Numbered from the stretch's first letter, positions 9,582-21,809 are shown. The stretch: 64,000 bases of DNA from Alphaproteobacteria bacterium (GCA_050175015.1 JBFXJJ010000009.1:29937-93936), one strand, 5' to 3'. Numbers and translations are program-made. Notes: generated by a model from the letters alone, not told the origin.

Positions 9582-10886
9582 ATGCGTATTGCTATGATAG
9601 GCACAGGCTATGTTGGTTTGGTCTCTGGTGCCTGTTTTTCAGAATTTGGAATAGATGTTATCTGCGTAGATAAAGATCAAGAAAAAATTACAAAATTAAA
9701 AAACGGAATTATTCCTATTTATGAACCTGGTTTGGATAAGCTTGTTGAAAGCAATAAAGAGGCAGGACGTCTTAATTTTTCAACCGATATTAAAAGCGCA
9801 GTCAAAGGGGCTGACGCTGTTTTTATTGCTGTGGGAACACCGACTCGCAGAGGTGATGGTCACGCTGACTTGTCATATGTTTATCAAGCTGCAAAAGAAG
9901 TGGCTGAAGCGATTGAAGGTTATACTGTAATTGTTAATAAATCGACCGTTCCTGTCGGCACAGGTTCCGAGGTTGAAAAAATTATTAAAGAAACTAACCC
10001 TAAAGCTGATTTCGATGTTGTTTCTAATCCTGAGTTTTTAAGAGAAGGCTCGGCAATTAATGACTTTATGCGTCCAGATCGTGTTGTAATTGGCACATTA
10101 TCTGAACGTGCTCGGGAAGTTATGCGCAAGCTTTACAGAGTGTTATATTTAATTGAAACACCGATCGTTTTTACTTCCAGAGAATCTTCGGAGCTGATTA
10201 AATACGCATCTAATGCCTTTTTAGCCGTTAAAATTACCTTTATTAACGAAATGGCTGATATTTGTGAAAAAGTTGGGGCAAATATTCACGATGTTGCTAA
10301 AGGAATGGGGCTTGATAACCGTATTGGCAAAAAGTTTCTGCACGCAGGTCCGGGGTATGGCGGTTCTTGCTTTCCTAAAGATACTTTGGCTTTAGTTAAA
10401 ACTGCTCAAGAAGCCAAAGCACCAACAAAATTGGTTGAAGCAACCGTTGAAGTTAATAACACTCGTAAAAAAGAAATGGCTAATAAAATTGCTAATGCCT
10501 GTGATGGTTCAGTTGAAGGCAAAACGGTAGCTATCCTTGGTTTAACATTTAAACCTAATACTGATGATATGAGAGATTCTCCTAGTTTAGATATTGTTCC
10601 TGCGTTGATTGCCAAGGGTGCGAATGTTAGGGTTTTTGATCCTCAAGGTATGGAAGAAGCTAAAAAGCAAATTTCTGATGTTATATGGTGTGAAGATGCG
10701 TACGATGCTATGAAAAATGCAGACGTTATGGCGATTGTAACCGAATGGAATGAATTTAGAACGTTGAATATTGAAAAAACAAAGGCTGCAATGAAGGGAA
10801 GAGTAATTGTTGATTTACGAAATGTCTTTGATCCTGAAGATATTCGTAACGAAGGCTTTACCTACTATAGCATTGGCAGAAAATAA
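9582..10886 (+). CDS. ugd: UDP-glucose 6-dehydrogenase
   Basis: GTGYVG, NPEFLREG, GYGGSCFPKD, FKPNTDD. Confidence 0.97.
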   Translation: MRIAMIGTGYVGLVSGACFSEFGIDVICVDKDQEKITKLKNGIIPIYEPGLDKLVESNKEAGRLNFSTDIKSAVKGADAVFIAVGTPTRRGDGHADLSYVYQAAKEVAEAIEGYTVIVNKSTVPVGTGSEVEKIIKETNPKADFDVVSNPEFLREGSAINDFMRPDRVVIGTLSERAREVMRKLYRVLYLIETPIVFTSRESSELIKYASNAFLAVKITFINEMADICEKVGANIHDVAKGMGLDNRIGKKFLHAGPGYGGSCFPKDTLALVKTAQEAKAPTKLVEATVEVNNTRKKEMANKIANACDGSVEGKTVAILGLTFKPNTDDMRDSPSLDIVPALIAKGANVRVFDPQGMEEAKKQISDVIWCEDAYDAMKNADVMAIVTEWNEFRTLNIEKTKAAMKGRVIVDLRNVFDPEDIRNEGFTYYSIGRK

Positions 10887-10896
10887 TAAAATTTAA

Positions 10897-12543
<1,647 letters not shown>

Positions 12544-12635
12544 TAAATTTTTTACTTAAATTTAACGGCTTATCATTCATAATCGTTTCTTAAAATGAAT
12601 TTTCTTTAGGCTCTTTTTAAGGAAGAGGAATAGCT

Positions 12636-14912
12636 TTGCGTTTGATTGTATCATTATTGTTATTTCTGATTACAGGTTGTGTTAATCTTGAACAGCCTTC
12701 ACAGGGTGTAAAGTACACTGAAGAAGATTATCAAGATTTAGCAAAATACGGCGATCCTTTTTCCAGATGGCAGGTTAGCGAGCAAGATTTAATAGGAAAC
12801 GCTTCAAGCTTAGAAGATTGCAGAGCTGTCTGGAGTGAGCTTAAAGCGGGTAAAAACAAAGCTAAAAAAGAAGCATATTTCAAGATTTTAAAGCTAGCAG
12901 AAAAGGGTCTGCCCGAGGCGCAGGAGCTCGTGCTTGGGGTTTATGAAAAAGGCGAGAATATTTCTACCAAAAGGGGTGATTATGTTTGGCTTAAAAAGGC
13001 TTCTAATCAAGATTCTGATCTAGCGACATATGAGCTTATTAGGTGGGATAATAAAACTGCTGTTGCGGGACAAGAATTTATTGATAAGTTTATGCCTTAT
13101 AACAAAATTGGTTTTGCAAGATGGTTTGGTAAAACTTCGAAAGATATTGATGAAATAAAGCTGGCTTTTGCACTTGGTCGTATGTATGACGAGGGAATTG
13201 TGGTCAAGAAAGATTATGCTAAAGCGGCGCTATGGTACAATTTTGGTTTTGATTATGTTTTAAAACGAGTAGCTTTTTTAGGAAAAAGCAAAGTTAATTT
13301 CGAAGAAGAGCTTTTCTGGGCTTATTCTCTTTATGATGCAACCGATGCTGGCAGTCGGCATTTGGCACGGTGGATTTTAGAAAATAATAAGGACGGCGGC
13401 AAATTCGAATATGATTTAGCTAAAGCTTTTTATTTTGGAAAAAACGAAATTCCGCAAGATCGTGAAGCTGCCTATAAATGGTATTTCAAAGCAGCTTATA
13501 AAGGCTATCCCGATGCAATGTATCTTATCGGTGCGGCTTATGATTTGGGTGGTCAGGTCGAAAAAGATAGTGAAGAAGCCGCCAAATGGTATCAAAAAGC
13601 CGCTGATGCAGGACAGGAATATGCGATGGTTGCACTGGCTAATATTCTTGCTAAAAGTGATAGGAATCAGGCTCAAATTCTGCTTCAAAAGGCGGTAGAT
13701 AAAGTTTTAAAATCTAACTCTAGTGAGATTAAAGAAGAAGCCGTCGGCGATCTTTTTACCGCAGTTGTTTCTAAGGGCGAAAATATTTCTAACGCTGTTA
13801 ACTGGTATCAAAAAGCTGTGGCGGAAGGCAGTGATTCGGCAGGATATAAACTGGGGCAGATTTATGAAAGTGGCAAAGGTGCCGATGTTAACTATCAAGA
13901 AGCTGCAAAATGGTATCAAATTTCCGCAGACAGAGATTTTGGAGCGGCTCAAGTTGCATTAGCTAAGATTTATCTAAAAGGTTTAGGAAACGTTAGAAAA
14001 GATATTAATTATGCGGTTAAGCTGCTTATGGCAGCGGCAGAAAAGGGAAGTGTAGAAGCTCTTGTTTATTTAGGAAGGATTTATTTAAACGGCGAAAATG
14101 TTGTACCTAATTATGACTGGGCAGAAAAATGGTTATTAGAAGCTGCCAGAAGGGATAAAATTGAAGCCGAGGTTTTATTGGGCATTAACTATTTTACAGG
14201 AGAAAAGCTGAATAAAGATTTGGATAAAGCATATTATTGGCTAGAAATTACTTCTGACAGGGCTAAGAAAGAAGCTTTAGACATTCTTAATGAAGCATAT
14301 AATCTGAGAACGGATAAAACCAAGGAAGCTCAAAACAGTTTGTTTTTAGCGTTAGATTTAGCGGTTAATAAAAACAATCCTCAAGCTCAGATGCTTTTAG
14401 CAAAATTTTTTGATTATGGTATAACCGATGATTTTGATAGCCAAGAAATAGCGAAATACTGGTATGAGAAAGCAGGTTTAGGCGGCATATCAGAGGCGCT
14501 TTTTACGGTTGGCAAAAAATACTTCAAAGGAACTTACGGCTCAGTAGACTATGATAAAGCAGCAAGATATATTGCCGAAGCGGCAAAACAAGGAAACCTC
14601 GATGCTGAAGTTTATCTAGGCTGGATTTTGTTAAAAGGGTATGGTTTTACACAAAACACAACAAGAGCCTATGCCTTGTTTGCTAAAGCCGCAGAAAAGA
14701 AAAATTCTGCTGCGGAATACTATTTGGGGCTTATTTATGAAAAAGGTCTATTAGGTCAGATAGATATTGAAGAAGCGGTTAAACATTATTTAGAATCATC
14801 AAAAGGTGATAATATCTTTGCCCGCAAGAGTTTTTGTGAACTTTATGATAAATCCTTTGTGGAATCGGCAGATAGATTTGCTGCAATTTGGTGTAAAGGA
14901 AAAGAGGAATGA
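12636..14912 (+). CDS. Sel1-repeat lipoprotein
   Basis: Lipobox ITGC; many A..LG..Y..G......D...A..WY.KAA repeats. Confidence 0.88.
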   Translation: MRLIVSLLLFLITGCVNLEQPSQGVKYTEEDYQDLAKYGDPFSRWQVSEQDLIGNASSLEDCRAVWSELKAGKNKAKKEAYFKILKLAEKGLPEAQELVLGVYEKGENISTKRGDYVWLKKASNQDSDLATYELIRWDNKTAVAGQEFIDKFMPYNKIGFARWFGKTSKDIDEIKLAFALGRMYDEGIVVKKDYAKAALWYNFGFDYVLKRVAFLGKSKVNFEEELFWAYSLYDATDAGSRHLARWILENNKDGGKFEYDLAKAFYFGKNEIPQDREAAYKWYFKAAYKGYPDAMYLIGAAYDLGGQVEKDSEEAAKWYQKAADAGQEYAMVALANILAKSDRNQAQILLQKAVDKVLKSNSSEIKEEAVGDLFTAVVSKGENISNAVNWYQKAVAEGSDSAGYKLGQIYESGKGADVNYQEAAKWYQISADRDFGAAQVALAKIYLKGLGNVRKDINYAVKLLMAAAEKGSVEALVYLGRIYLNGENVVPNYDWAEKWLLEAARRDKIEAEVLLGINYFTGEKLNKDLDKAYYWLEITSDRAKKEALDILNEAYNLRTDKTKEAQNSLFLALDLAVNKNNPQAQMLLAKFFDYGITDDFDSQEIAKYWYEKAGLGGISEALFTVGKKYFKGTYGSVDYDKAARYIAEAAKQGNLDAEVYLGWILLKGYGFTQNTTRAYALFAKAAEKKNSAAEYYLGLIYEKGLLGQIDIEEAVKHYLESSKGDNIFARKSFCELYDKSFVESADRFAAIWCKGKEE

Positions 14913-16018
14913 AATCGTTAGTAGTTTATATATTTATATTGGTAATGTTTAGTTCTTCTTTAGCAAAGGCTCAAGTTAACATCAGAAGGAATATTCCTGA
15001 AGCCGATTTTTTGGAAGAGCATATTGATGTCCCTATAATGCTGATACCAAATTATCGTGATGTTATGAGAGATATGGTTTCTGATTTGTCGGTTTATTTA
15101 AAGGGCAGAAATCCAGAATTTGATGTTTTGGCACGGGAAGGTTTATATCTTCTGTTTAGAGGTGAGTGGGAACAAAATTTATATGAACTTAGGCAAGCCC
15201 AGCAAGAGGGGTTGGTTTATGATGATGAAAAGTTTATAGCTAGTCTTTTTCGCAATGAGGAAGATGCTCCACCCAAAATAGGGACGCCGATTAGAAGATA
15301 TTTGCAAAGCATTGATGCCGAAGTGATAGAGGGCATTTTTTGTGATAATAATCCACCAGATAAAGAGACATCTAAAATTATAAAAGATGCAGGGCTTATT
15401 ACTTTTGGGATAGAACATTGCCGCAGTAAAAATGATGAAGCAAGTGCGGTTAAAGATGCCGCAGTAAAAGAGATTGCTTTGCATATAGACAATGATTTAA
15501 AGGCTAAATTTGATAATGTTCCTGAAAAAGCAATGGCATTTGAGAACCCAGAGAATATCAAGTCTTTAAAAGATGTTAGAAATTTTTTAATGGTTGAAGA
15601 TACAAAAAAGTTTGGCAATCGGGGAGAGTTTATTCTTGCGCTTTCTAATACTAATTACGATATGTTGGTTATAGACCCATTTTTTAAGGGTTCTGAAGCG
15701 TTATTGAAAGAAGATATTACCGCTTTAAAGTTTAAAAAGCTCGGGGCAAGGCGTAAAGTTATAGCAAGAGTGAATCTTACAGAAGCAGAAGACTTTAGAT
15801 ATTATTGGAAAAGAGGCTGGAGACTTGGAATCCCTTCTTGGTTGAGAATGATTTCTAAAGAAAATCCTTATGCGATTGTAGTTGAATACTGGAATCCAGA
15901 GTGGAAAGAAATTATCGGTAATTATGTTCGTGCGATTTTCGATTTGGGCTTTGACGGCATAATGTTTGAAGGACTTGACGCTCATTTGCGCTTTGAACGA
16001 TTAACCCCAATTGATTAA
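14909..16018 (+). CDS. Secreted glycoside-hydrolase-like protein (endo-alpha-1,4-polygalactosaminidase/TM1410-like)
   Basis: Signal peptide; YDMLVIDPF, EAEDFRYYW, YWNPEWKEII, LGFDG motifs. Confidence 0.72.
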   Translation: MKSLVVYIFILVMFSSSLAKAQVNIRRNIPEADFLEEHIDVPIMLIPNYRDVMRDMVSDLSVYLKGRNPEFDVLAREGLYLLFRGEWEQNLYELRQAQQEGLVYDDEKFIASLFRNEEDAPPKIGTPIRRYLQSIDAEVIEGIFCDNNPPDKETSKIIKDAGLITFGIEHCRSKNDEASAVKDAAVKEIALHIDNDLKAKFDNVPEKAMAFENPENIKSLKDVRNFLMVEDTKKFGNRGEFILALSNTNYDMLVIDPFFKGSEALLKEDITALKFKKLGARRKVIARVNLTEAEDFRYYWKRGWRLGIPSWLRMISKENPYAIVVEYWNPEWKEIIGNYVRAIFDLGFDGIMFEGLDAHLRFERLTPID

Positions 16019-16040
16019 TATTTTTTAGGAAATAAAATAA

Positions 16041-17033
16041 ATGTCAGAGAAAGATACTTGTTCTTGTCATCATTGCCATTCAGATGAACATCATCACCAC
16101 ACAGAACACGAACATCATCACGAAGGTCATAGCTGCGACCACGGAATTACAGGGCATTGCCACGTATCGGACTTCTCCAATAAGAAGCGCATAATTTTTG
16201 TTATGATAATATCATTTCTTTATATGCTTTTAGAGATAGTTTTTGGCTTTTTATCTGGTTCACTGTCTCTTTTAGCGGATGCAGGACATGCCTTTATTGA
16301 TTCGGCATCTTTGTTGCTGGCATTCTTAGGGTTTCATTTGGCGGGTAAGGAAATAGATGAAAAAAGAAGCTATGGCTATCATAGATTTGAAATTCTAGCC
16401 GCCTTTGTTAATGGGCTTTTTTTGGCAGCTATTATCACTTGGATTTTTATCGAAGCGGTACAAAGGATATTAAATCCTGTCGATGTTAATGGCGAAATTG
16501 TGTTTGTCGTTGCTTTAGGCGGTTTTATTTTTAATGGAGCATCATTTTTTGTTCTTTTCAAAGGTGATAAGAAAAATCTTAATATGCAAGGCGCTCTTTT
16601 GCACGTTGCAGGCGATGCCCTTGCCTCACTGACGGCGATGATTGCGGGAGCGGTCATTGCATATACGGGCTATACAATTATCGATCCCATTTTATCGTTA
16701 TTATTAGTCGTTATTCTTGGCAAGGGAGCTTATGAAGTTATCAGAAAAAGCGGACATATTTTACTTGAAGGAACGCCTGCGGGTTTTAATCAGGAAGAAG
16801 TTAAAAAAACGCTTGAAGAAATTGATGGTATTGAAAACATTCACCATATTCACGCTTGGTCGCTGACTTTAGAAAAACCACTTCTAACGCTTCATATAAA
16901 GATAAAAGACAATCATAAAAACGATGACATTTTAAACAAGACCAAAGAAATTTTAAAAGAAAAATGGAATATTGTTCATACTGTAATTCAAATTGAAAAA
17001 GATGATTGTCCTGATTCTGAAGGGACATTTTAA
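16041..17033 (+). CDS. Cation diffusion facilitator (CzcD/ZitB-like Zn/Co/Cd exporter)
   Basis: His-rich N-terminus; SLSLLADAGH, SYGYHRFEIL, LHVAGD, HHIHAW. Confidence 0.92.
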   Translation: MSEKDTCSCHHCHSDEHHHHTEHEHHHEGHSCDHGITGHCHVSDFSNKKRIIFVMIISFLYMLLEIVFGFLSGSLSLLADAGHAFIDSASLLLAFLGFHLAGKEIDEKRSYGYHRFEILAAFVNGLFLAAIITWIFIEAVQRILNPVDVNGEIVFVVALGGFIFNGASFFVLFKGDKKNLNMQGALLHVAGDALASLTAMIAGAVIAYTGYTIIDPILSLLLVVILGKGAYEVIRKSGHILLEGTPAGFNQEEVKKTLEEIDGIENIHHIHAWSLTLEKPLLTLHIKIKDNHKNDDILNKTKEILKEKWNIVHTVIQIEKDDCPDSEGTF

Positions 17034-17050
17034 ACGTTGTTTTAGAGTTT

Positions 17051-17449
17051 TTATTGCTCTATTTTATCTTCCCAGAAAGTTCTCATAACGCAATCATCTG
17101 ATAAATCATTTTGCAGGCAGCTGTTTAAGGCATTTTGTTTAGCGGTTTCAGCGTCACCAACACCGCAAGTAGCGCCGATAGATGTAATTAAACCATCAAC
17201 TCTTTCCGTAAAGCTAGCGCCAAAGCCGGCTTTCTCACATTTTAAAAGAAGTACACAATTGTTATCTGTTTTAGAGCAATTCTCTAAAACGTTCTGAACC
17301 GCATCTGTAATATTTTTAAGATTAGACGATGAATAAACGGATTTTGTTCCATAAGCTACCGCAGAGGCAGCAAAAGAATGATTTATAGTGGTTATATTAA
17401 ATAATAAAGCAAAAACTGTTATCTTAAATTTGATAGAGTTGTTAATCAT
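17051..17449 (-). CDS. Secreted Cys-containing protein, DUF4189-like (two repeats)
   Basis: Signal peptide; two A.Q..L..C......C units. Confidence 0.55.
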   Translation of the reverse strand: MINNSIKFKITVFALLFNITTINHSFAASAVAYGTKSVYSSSNLKNITDAVQNVLENCSKTDNNCVLLLKCEKAGFGASFTERVDGLITSIGATCGVGDAETAKQNALNSCLQNDLSDDCVMRTFWEDKIEQ

Positions 17450-17637
17450 AAAAAATATTCCTAAAGTCTAAAATAAATATAACCTATTTTATTAATATGT
17501 AATGAAAAAAAAATCAAATACGAATATAAAGCTTGCAATATTTATAGTTTTAATTTACATAAAAAAGATGCAAGCTTTTGCTTTTTAGAAAGTTTTGGGT
17601 GTTTAAGATATTTTAAAATGGGAATGAGGGATATTTT

Positions 17638-18027
17638 ATGAAAAAGATTTTAATAGGTGCAGCTGTTGCTGCTTTATTTTCGGCGTCATTAGCTGTAAGT
17701 GCTAATGCTCAGTCCGCAGGTGCTGGTTATTATGGTGCTGGAGCTGTCCAAACTGGTGGTGCTAGTGGTGCTATTGGTGGTGCTGGTTATGGTGGTGCTG
17801 GTTATGGTGGTGCTTATGGGGCTGGTAGTAGTGCTGGAATGGCTGCTGGTGCAGGCGCTGGCGCTGCTGGTGCTGCTGGTGCCGCAGGTGTTGCTGCTGG
17901 TGCATTAGGTACTGGTCTTGTCGCTGGTGGTGTTGTTGCTGCTGCTGTTGGCGCAGCTGTTGCTGTTTCAGGCAACGATAGCAAGACAACAACAACTTCT
18001 GCTACAAGTGCTACGGCAGACCAATAA
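17638..18027 (+). CDS. YjbE/GfcA-like small secreted Gly/Ala-rich protein
   Basis: Signal peptide, Gly/Ala tract, hydrophobic VVAAAVGAAVAV then a Thr-rich tail as in YjbE; GAGG RBS; adjacent to yjbF. Confidence 0.65.
   Translation: MKKILIGAAVAALFSASLAVSANAQSAGAGYYGAGAVQTGGASGAIGGAGYGGAGYGGAYGAGSSAGMAAGAGAGAAGAAGAAGVAAGALGTGLVAGGVVAAAVGAAVAVSGNDSKTTTTSATSATADQ
17776..17817 (+). repeat. 15-bp coding tandem repeat (GGAGY x2 plus partial)
   Basis: GGTGGTGCTGGTTAT twice, then GGTGGTGCTTAT. Confidence 0.85.
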
Positions 18028-18046
18028 AATAGTTTTTTAAACTTAA

Positions 18047-18082
18047 TAAAAAAGACTGCCTTTCTGAGGTGGTCTTTTTTTT
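18047..18082. terminator. Bidirectional terminator
   Basis: AAAAAAGACTGCC...GGTGGTCTTTTTT, stem with G-U pairs, between convergent genes. Confidence 0.7.
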
Positions 18083-18166
18083 ATGCTTTTTAAAACTAAA
18101 CAGATATTATGCTCTAAAATAATTTATCTGATTGCAATCTGTGGATAAGTTGAGACGTTTTAGTGC

Positions 18167-18841
18167 TTATGGGGCTTCATAAGGCGTTAATACCTGAATT
18201 TTTATCGACGGCGTGTTAGGCAGGAAATGTTGAACGCTCTGCCATATGAAACCTGTTTTTAAGTCTTTCCAAAAAAGATTTTCGAAATGCCAATCAAGTT
18301 GTTTAGCATAAGATTTTTCTTTAATTACATAAGTTTCGTGCAAAGTATCTACTATTTTTATTTTGCCAACGCCCATAAATTCATAATCCGAATCGATTTT
18401 GATGCCATAATTATTATCCTCAGCAAAATCAACAATTCTTTGTGATGTTTGGGGTATAGGTTGTCCGTAAAGATGGCTTGCAATAGGATCATTATGAGCC
18501 CAAGCCGTATTAGATAAATTATGCTCAAAACCAATCGTCTTTACTAATCTTCCTTGGGAAGTAATTAAAATGGCATTATCAGCAGAATACCATATTAAAT
18601 CCTGATTAGAAGCTTGACCTAAAACTAAGACCGAATTTTGTCCTTTGCCGATTTTTGCCGCGATGCAGGCGTATGGAATATTATCCACAACCTGCTTTGT
18701 TATTTCAAAATTATCGGGACCATAAAGAGAATATTTAGCTGTTTTGATAACATTGCTAAATGTGCTGTTTTGACACGAAGTAATGAAGAAAAACGTAAAT
18801 AAAATCAAAACAATAGTTAATCTATTTTTGGATAAAGTCAT
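18167..18841 (-). CDS. yjbF: YjbF/GfcB-family group 4 capsule lipoprotein
   Basis: Lipobox ITSC; IPYA, WYSAD...GRLVKTIG, FENLFW.D..TG.IWQS.Q. Confidence 0.85.
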   Translation of the reverse strand: MTLSKNRLTIVLILFTFFFITSCQNSTFSNVIKTAKYSLYGPDNFEITKQVVDNIPYACIAAKIGKGQNSVLVLGQASNQDLIWYSADNAILITSQGRLVKTIGFEHNLSNTAWAHNDPIASHLYGQPIPQTSQRIVDFAEDNNYGIKIDSDYEFMGVGKIKIVDTLHETYVIKEKSYAKQLDWHFENLFWKDLKTGFIWQSVQHFLPNTPSIKIQVLTPYEAP

Positions 18842-18957
18842 AAATTTTTTAAGCCTTGTTGAAAACGGGTATTATTTCGAAATATAATTATCGTAAACTA
18901 CAAGCTTGTGGTATATCAACATTAGAGTTTTGTTTTATAAAAAAAGGTTCGTTGTTT

Positions 18958-21795
18958 ATGAAATTTCATAGTCGTTTTTTTCAATCATTGTTAATTTGCA
19001 GTCTTCTTTTGTGTTCCCTAAGCGCTGAGGCACAGAATTTGGGCAGTTTTAATGATAATTTGCTAAATTCTTTGGGTGAGCAGTTACAGACTAATGCCAA
19101 AAATGCCAATAACGCATCAAGCCAGCTAGACAATGCAAGAAACAGGCAAACGACAAATAACGTTAACAATGACAGAATCATAAACAACCAAAACCAAATA
19201 CCCGCGCCAACTAGAATAGAAAAGGATTATTTAAAGCGCCTAAAAGCAGTTTACTTTGATAATTTTGAAAAGAATACCAATAAAGCAAACAGTTCAGCAC
19301 AGGAAGAAAATCTAAATAACAAAGATGCTAATAATCCAGAGTCTTATTCTGAAGAAACTCTTAAACAGTTTGGATATGACTTATTTGATGGTTCTCAAGA
19401 TGGGGAACAAAATTTTGGAGCATTATTTAATTCTGTTAGAGATAGTTATGTTTTGGGAATCGGTGACGAGCTTATTCTTACCTATCGTGGGCAAAAAAGT
19501 GAGACCGAAACGGTTAAAGTAAATACTGAAGGGCAGATATTTTTAGAAGATTTTTCTCCGTTTGTGGCTTTGGGCCGTAAATTTGCGGATGTTAAAAATC
19601 AGATAAAAGATTTAGTTGCTAACAATATGGTAAAAACCGATGTTTTTGTATCTTTGGGTTCAGTCAAAGATTTATCTGTTGTGGTTAGTGGCGAAGTTGA
19701 AAAAGCTGGCGTTTATACTCTATCTGGTGTTGCCAATCTTTTTGATGCTCTTCTTAAAAGCGGCGGTATAAAGAAAACAGGTTCACTTAGAAACATTAAT
19801 ATCATTAGAAAGGGAAGAACAATCAATCTTGACCTTTATAACCTTTTGCTTGGTAAAGGTGACGTTAAAGATGTTGCTTTGGCTGACGGTGACCGTATCG
19901 TTGTTCCAACAATAGGAAAAACCGTTGCTGTTTTAGGTGATGTTAATCGTCCTGCTATTTATGAGTTAAAGCAAGATGAAATTAAGCAAGACGACGCTTT
20001 AGATTATGCAGGAGGAACTTTACGAGGAACCAGCTCAGGCTATAGGTATGTTACGATTTCAGGCAAAGAGAATGGTTTAGACGTTGTTAAAGAGCAAAAA
20101 TCGGCTAGCTATACAATGAAAGCCAGCGATATCTTAATTGTGATGAGAACGAGGGACAAACAGACGGAAGCTGTATTTTTGGAGGGACACGTTAATGTCC
20201 CAGGCGTAAGATCTTTATCTGCTTCATCTAATATCTCATCAATTATCAATGATGTTGAAATTTTTAAAGATAATCCTTATTTGCTTTTTGGTTTGGTTCA
20301 AAGACGAGATCCCGCTACTTTATCAAGATTTTTTATCCCTGTTAATTTTTTGCAGGTATTAAATGGCAGTGAAGATTTCTCTCTTGAAGACGGCGACAGA
20401 ATCATTGTTTTTGGTAGAGATGATATTAAATGGCTGACATCAAAAGATGTGCAAGATGTGTTGAATAAAGAAACGTTGGAATCCAAAAATCCTTGCCTAA
20501 ATAGGCTTATTTCTGCGGTCTCCTCTGGTTGGACAGATCGTTTTACAGCGGCTACACAGATAAACAGCAAAAATGCAATTAAGAAAGAAGATAAAGAAAA
20601 TCTTCGTAATACCTCTCGTAATAATAGCGACAATTATGATGATGATAATTATAATAACAATCAGAACAATCGTAATAATTTGAATTCTCAGAGAACAGAT
20701 AATTCAGATTTTGCTAATAAAACTGATGAAGAGGTCTACTTTTGCCCGGCAATATTTGAAAAATATTTAGATGTTTTACCTTTTATATTAACTAATGTTG
20801 TTAATGTTAATGGTGAGGTTAATTTGGTTGGAATTTACCCTGTTGTTGGAAAAGCTCCAGTTTCTTCATTGGTTACAGTCTGCGGAGGTTTAAGTCCTAA
20901 TGCTGATTTGTCAGCAATTGAGATTACGAGATTTTCTAATAGGGAAGCTTCAGAGAGAGATGTTATCAATGCTAACAAGCAGCCTTTAACCGAAGTTTTT
21001 GTTTCAGCTAACGATTATATAAGGTTTAATCAGACCTTTACAGATAGAGAGTCTGGCCACATTAATTTGGTAGGTGAGTTTAAAAGACCTGGATTTTATT
21101 CCATTAAGAAAGGGGAGAAACTTTCTGATGTTATAAACAGGGCTGGAGGACTTACTGATGAGGCCTATCCTATTGGCTCAGTCTTTACTAGAGAGTCTGT
21201 AAGGCAAGCAGAATATCAGATGATACAAATAGCTGTAAATAATATGCAGTCTGGCTTTATGCATTCGATGGCAAGTATGGAATTAAAAAACATTTCTCCT
21301 AACGCTGTGGTATCAATGATGTCAGAGTTAAAAAATTTAATGTCTGATACCGAACCATTAGGGAGAATTGTTGTTGAAGCCGATCCTTTAAAACTGCAAT
21401 TAAGTCCAGAGTTAGATATGATTTTAGAGGCTGGGGATAATGTTTATATGCCTAAGCGTCCTAACCATGTTTTAGTTAGTGGCGAAGTGCTTCATAGTGG
21501 GGCATTGCAGTTTATTTCAGGAAGATCTCCTCGTGAGTATATAAAACTTGCAGGAGGAACAACCCAAAGCGCTGATAAGTCAAGGACGTTTATGGTTTTA
21601 CCTAATGGTACAGCTAAACCAGTTAGCCTTTCCTCTTGGAACTTAGGTAAAGTCAATGTTCCACCAGGAAGTACAATATTGGTTCCAAGGGATACGGCTC
21701 CTGCAAACTTTATGATATTTACAAAAGATATTCTTGATATTGTAAGTAAAGCAGCTGTTACCGCCGCATCAATTAAAGTTCTTAACGATGATTAA
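18958..21795 (+). CDS. Large multi-SLBB polysaccharide export protein (Wza/KpsD-like)
   Basis: Signal peptide; QFGYDLF, YVLGIGD, repeated V.GEV..PG.Y / GG SLBB units; ATG at 18958. Confidence 0.88.
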   Translation: MKFHSRFFQSLLICSLLLCSLSAEAQNLGSFNDNLLNSLGEQLQTNAKNANNASSQLDNARNRQTTNNVNNDRIINNQNQIPAPTRIEKDYLKRLKAVYFDNFEKNTNKANSSAQEENLNNKDANNPESYSEETLKQFGYDLFDGSQDGEQNFGALFNSVRDSYVLGIGDELILTYRGQKSETETVKVNTEGQIFLEDFSPFVALGRKFADVKNQIKDLVANNMVKTDVFVSLGSVKDLSVVVSGEVEKAGVYTLSGVANLFDALLKSGGIKKTGSLRNINIIRKGRTINLDLYNLLLGKGDVKDVALADGDRIVVPTIGKTVAVLGDVNRPAIYELKQDEIKQDDALDYAGGTLRGTSSGYRYVTISGKENGLDVVKEQKSASYTMKASDILIVMRTRDKQTEAVFLEGHVNVPGVRSLSASSNISSIINDVEIFKDNPYLLFGLVQRRDPATLSRFFIPVNFLQVLNGSEDFSLEDGDRIIVFGRDDIKWLTSKDVQDVLNKETLESKNPCLNRLISAVSSGWTDRFTAATQINSKNAIKKEDKENLRNTSRNNSDNYDDDNYNNNQNNRNNLNSQRTDNSDFANKTDEEVYFCPAIFEKYLDVLPFILTNVVNVNGEVNLVGIYPVVGKAPVSSLVTVCGGLSPNADLSAIEITRFSNREASERDVINANKQPLTEVFVSANDYIRFNQTFTDRESGHINLVGEFKRPGFYSIKKGEKLSDVINRAGGLTDEAYPIGSVFTRESVRQAEYQMIQIAVNNMQSGFMHSMASMELKNISPNAVVSMMSELKNLMSDTEPLGRIVVEADPLKLQLSPELDMILEAGDNVYMPKRPNHVLVSGEVLHSGALQFISGRSPREYIKLAGGTTQSADKSRTFMVLPNGTAKPVSLSSWNLGKVNVPPGSTILVPRDTAPANFMIFTKDILDIVSKAAVTAASIKVLNDD

Positions 21796-21809
21796 AAAGG
21801 ACTTAGTAG

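Noticed and set aside
16041-16170. His-rich N-terminus of the CDF transporter
   Set aside because: Ordinary feature of Zn-CDF proteins.
17771-17995. Poly-Gln/His ORF on the minus strand
   Set aside because: Antisense shadow of the GGT/GCT codons in the YjbE-like gene.
18140-18689. Two perfect DnaA boxes (18140-18148, 18681-18689)
   Set aside because: About one such 9-mer is expected by chance in 64 kb at this composition. One lies in a CDS and there is no cluster, so no support for oriC.
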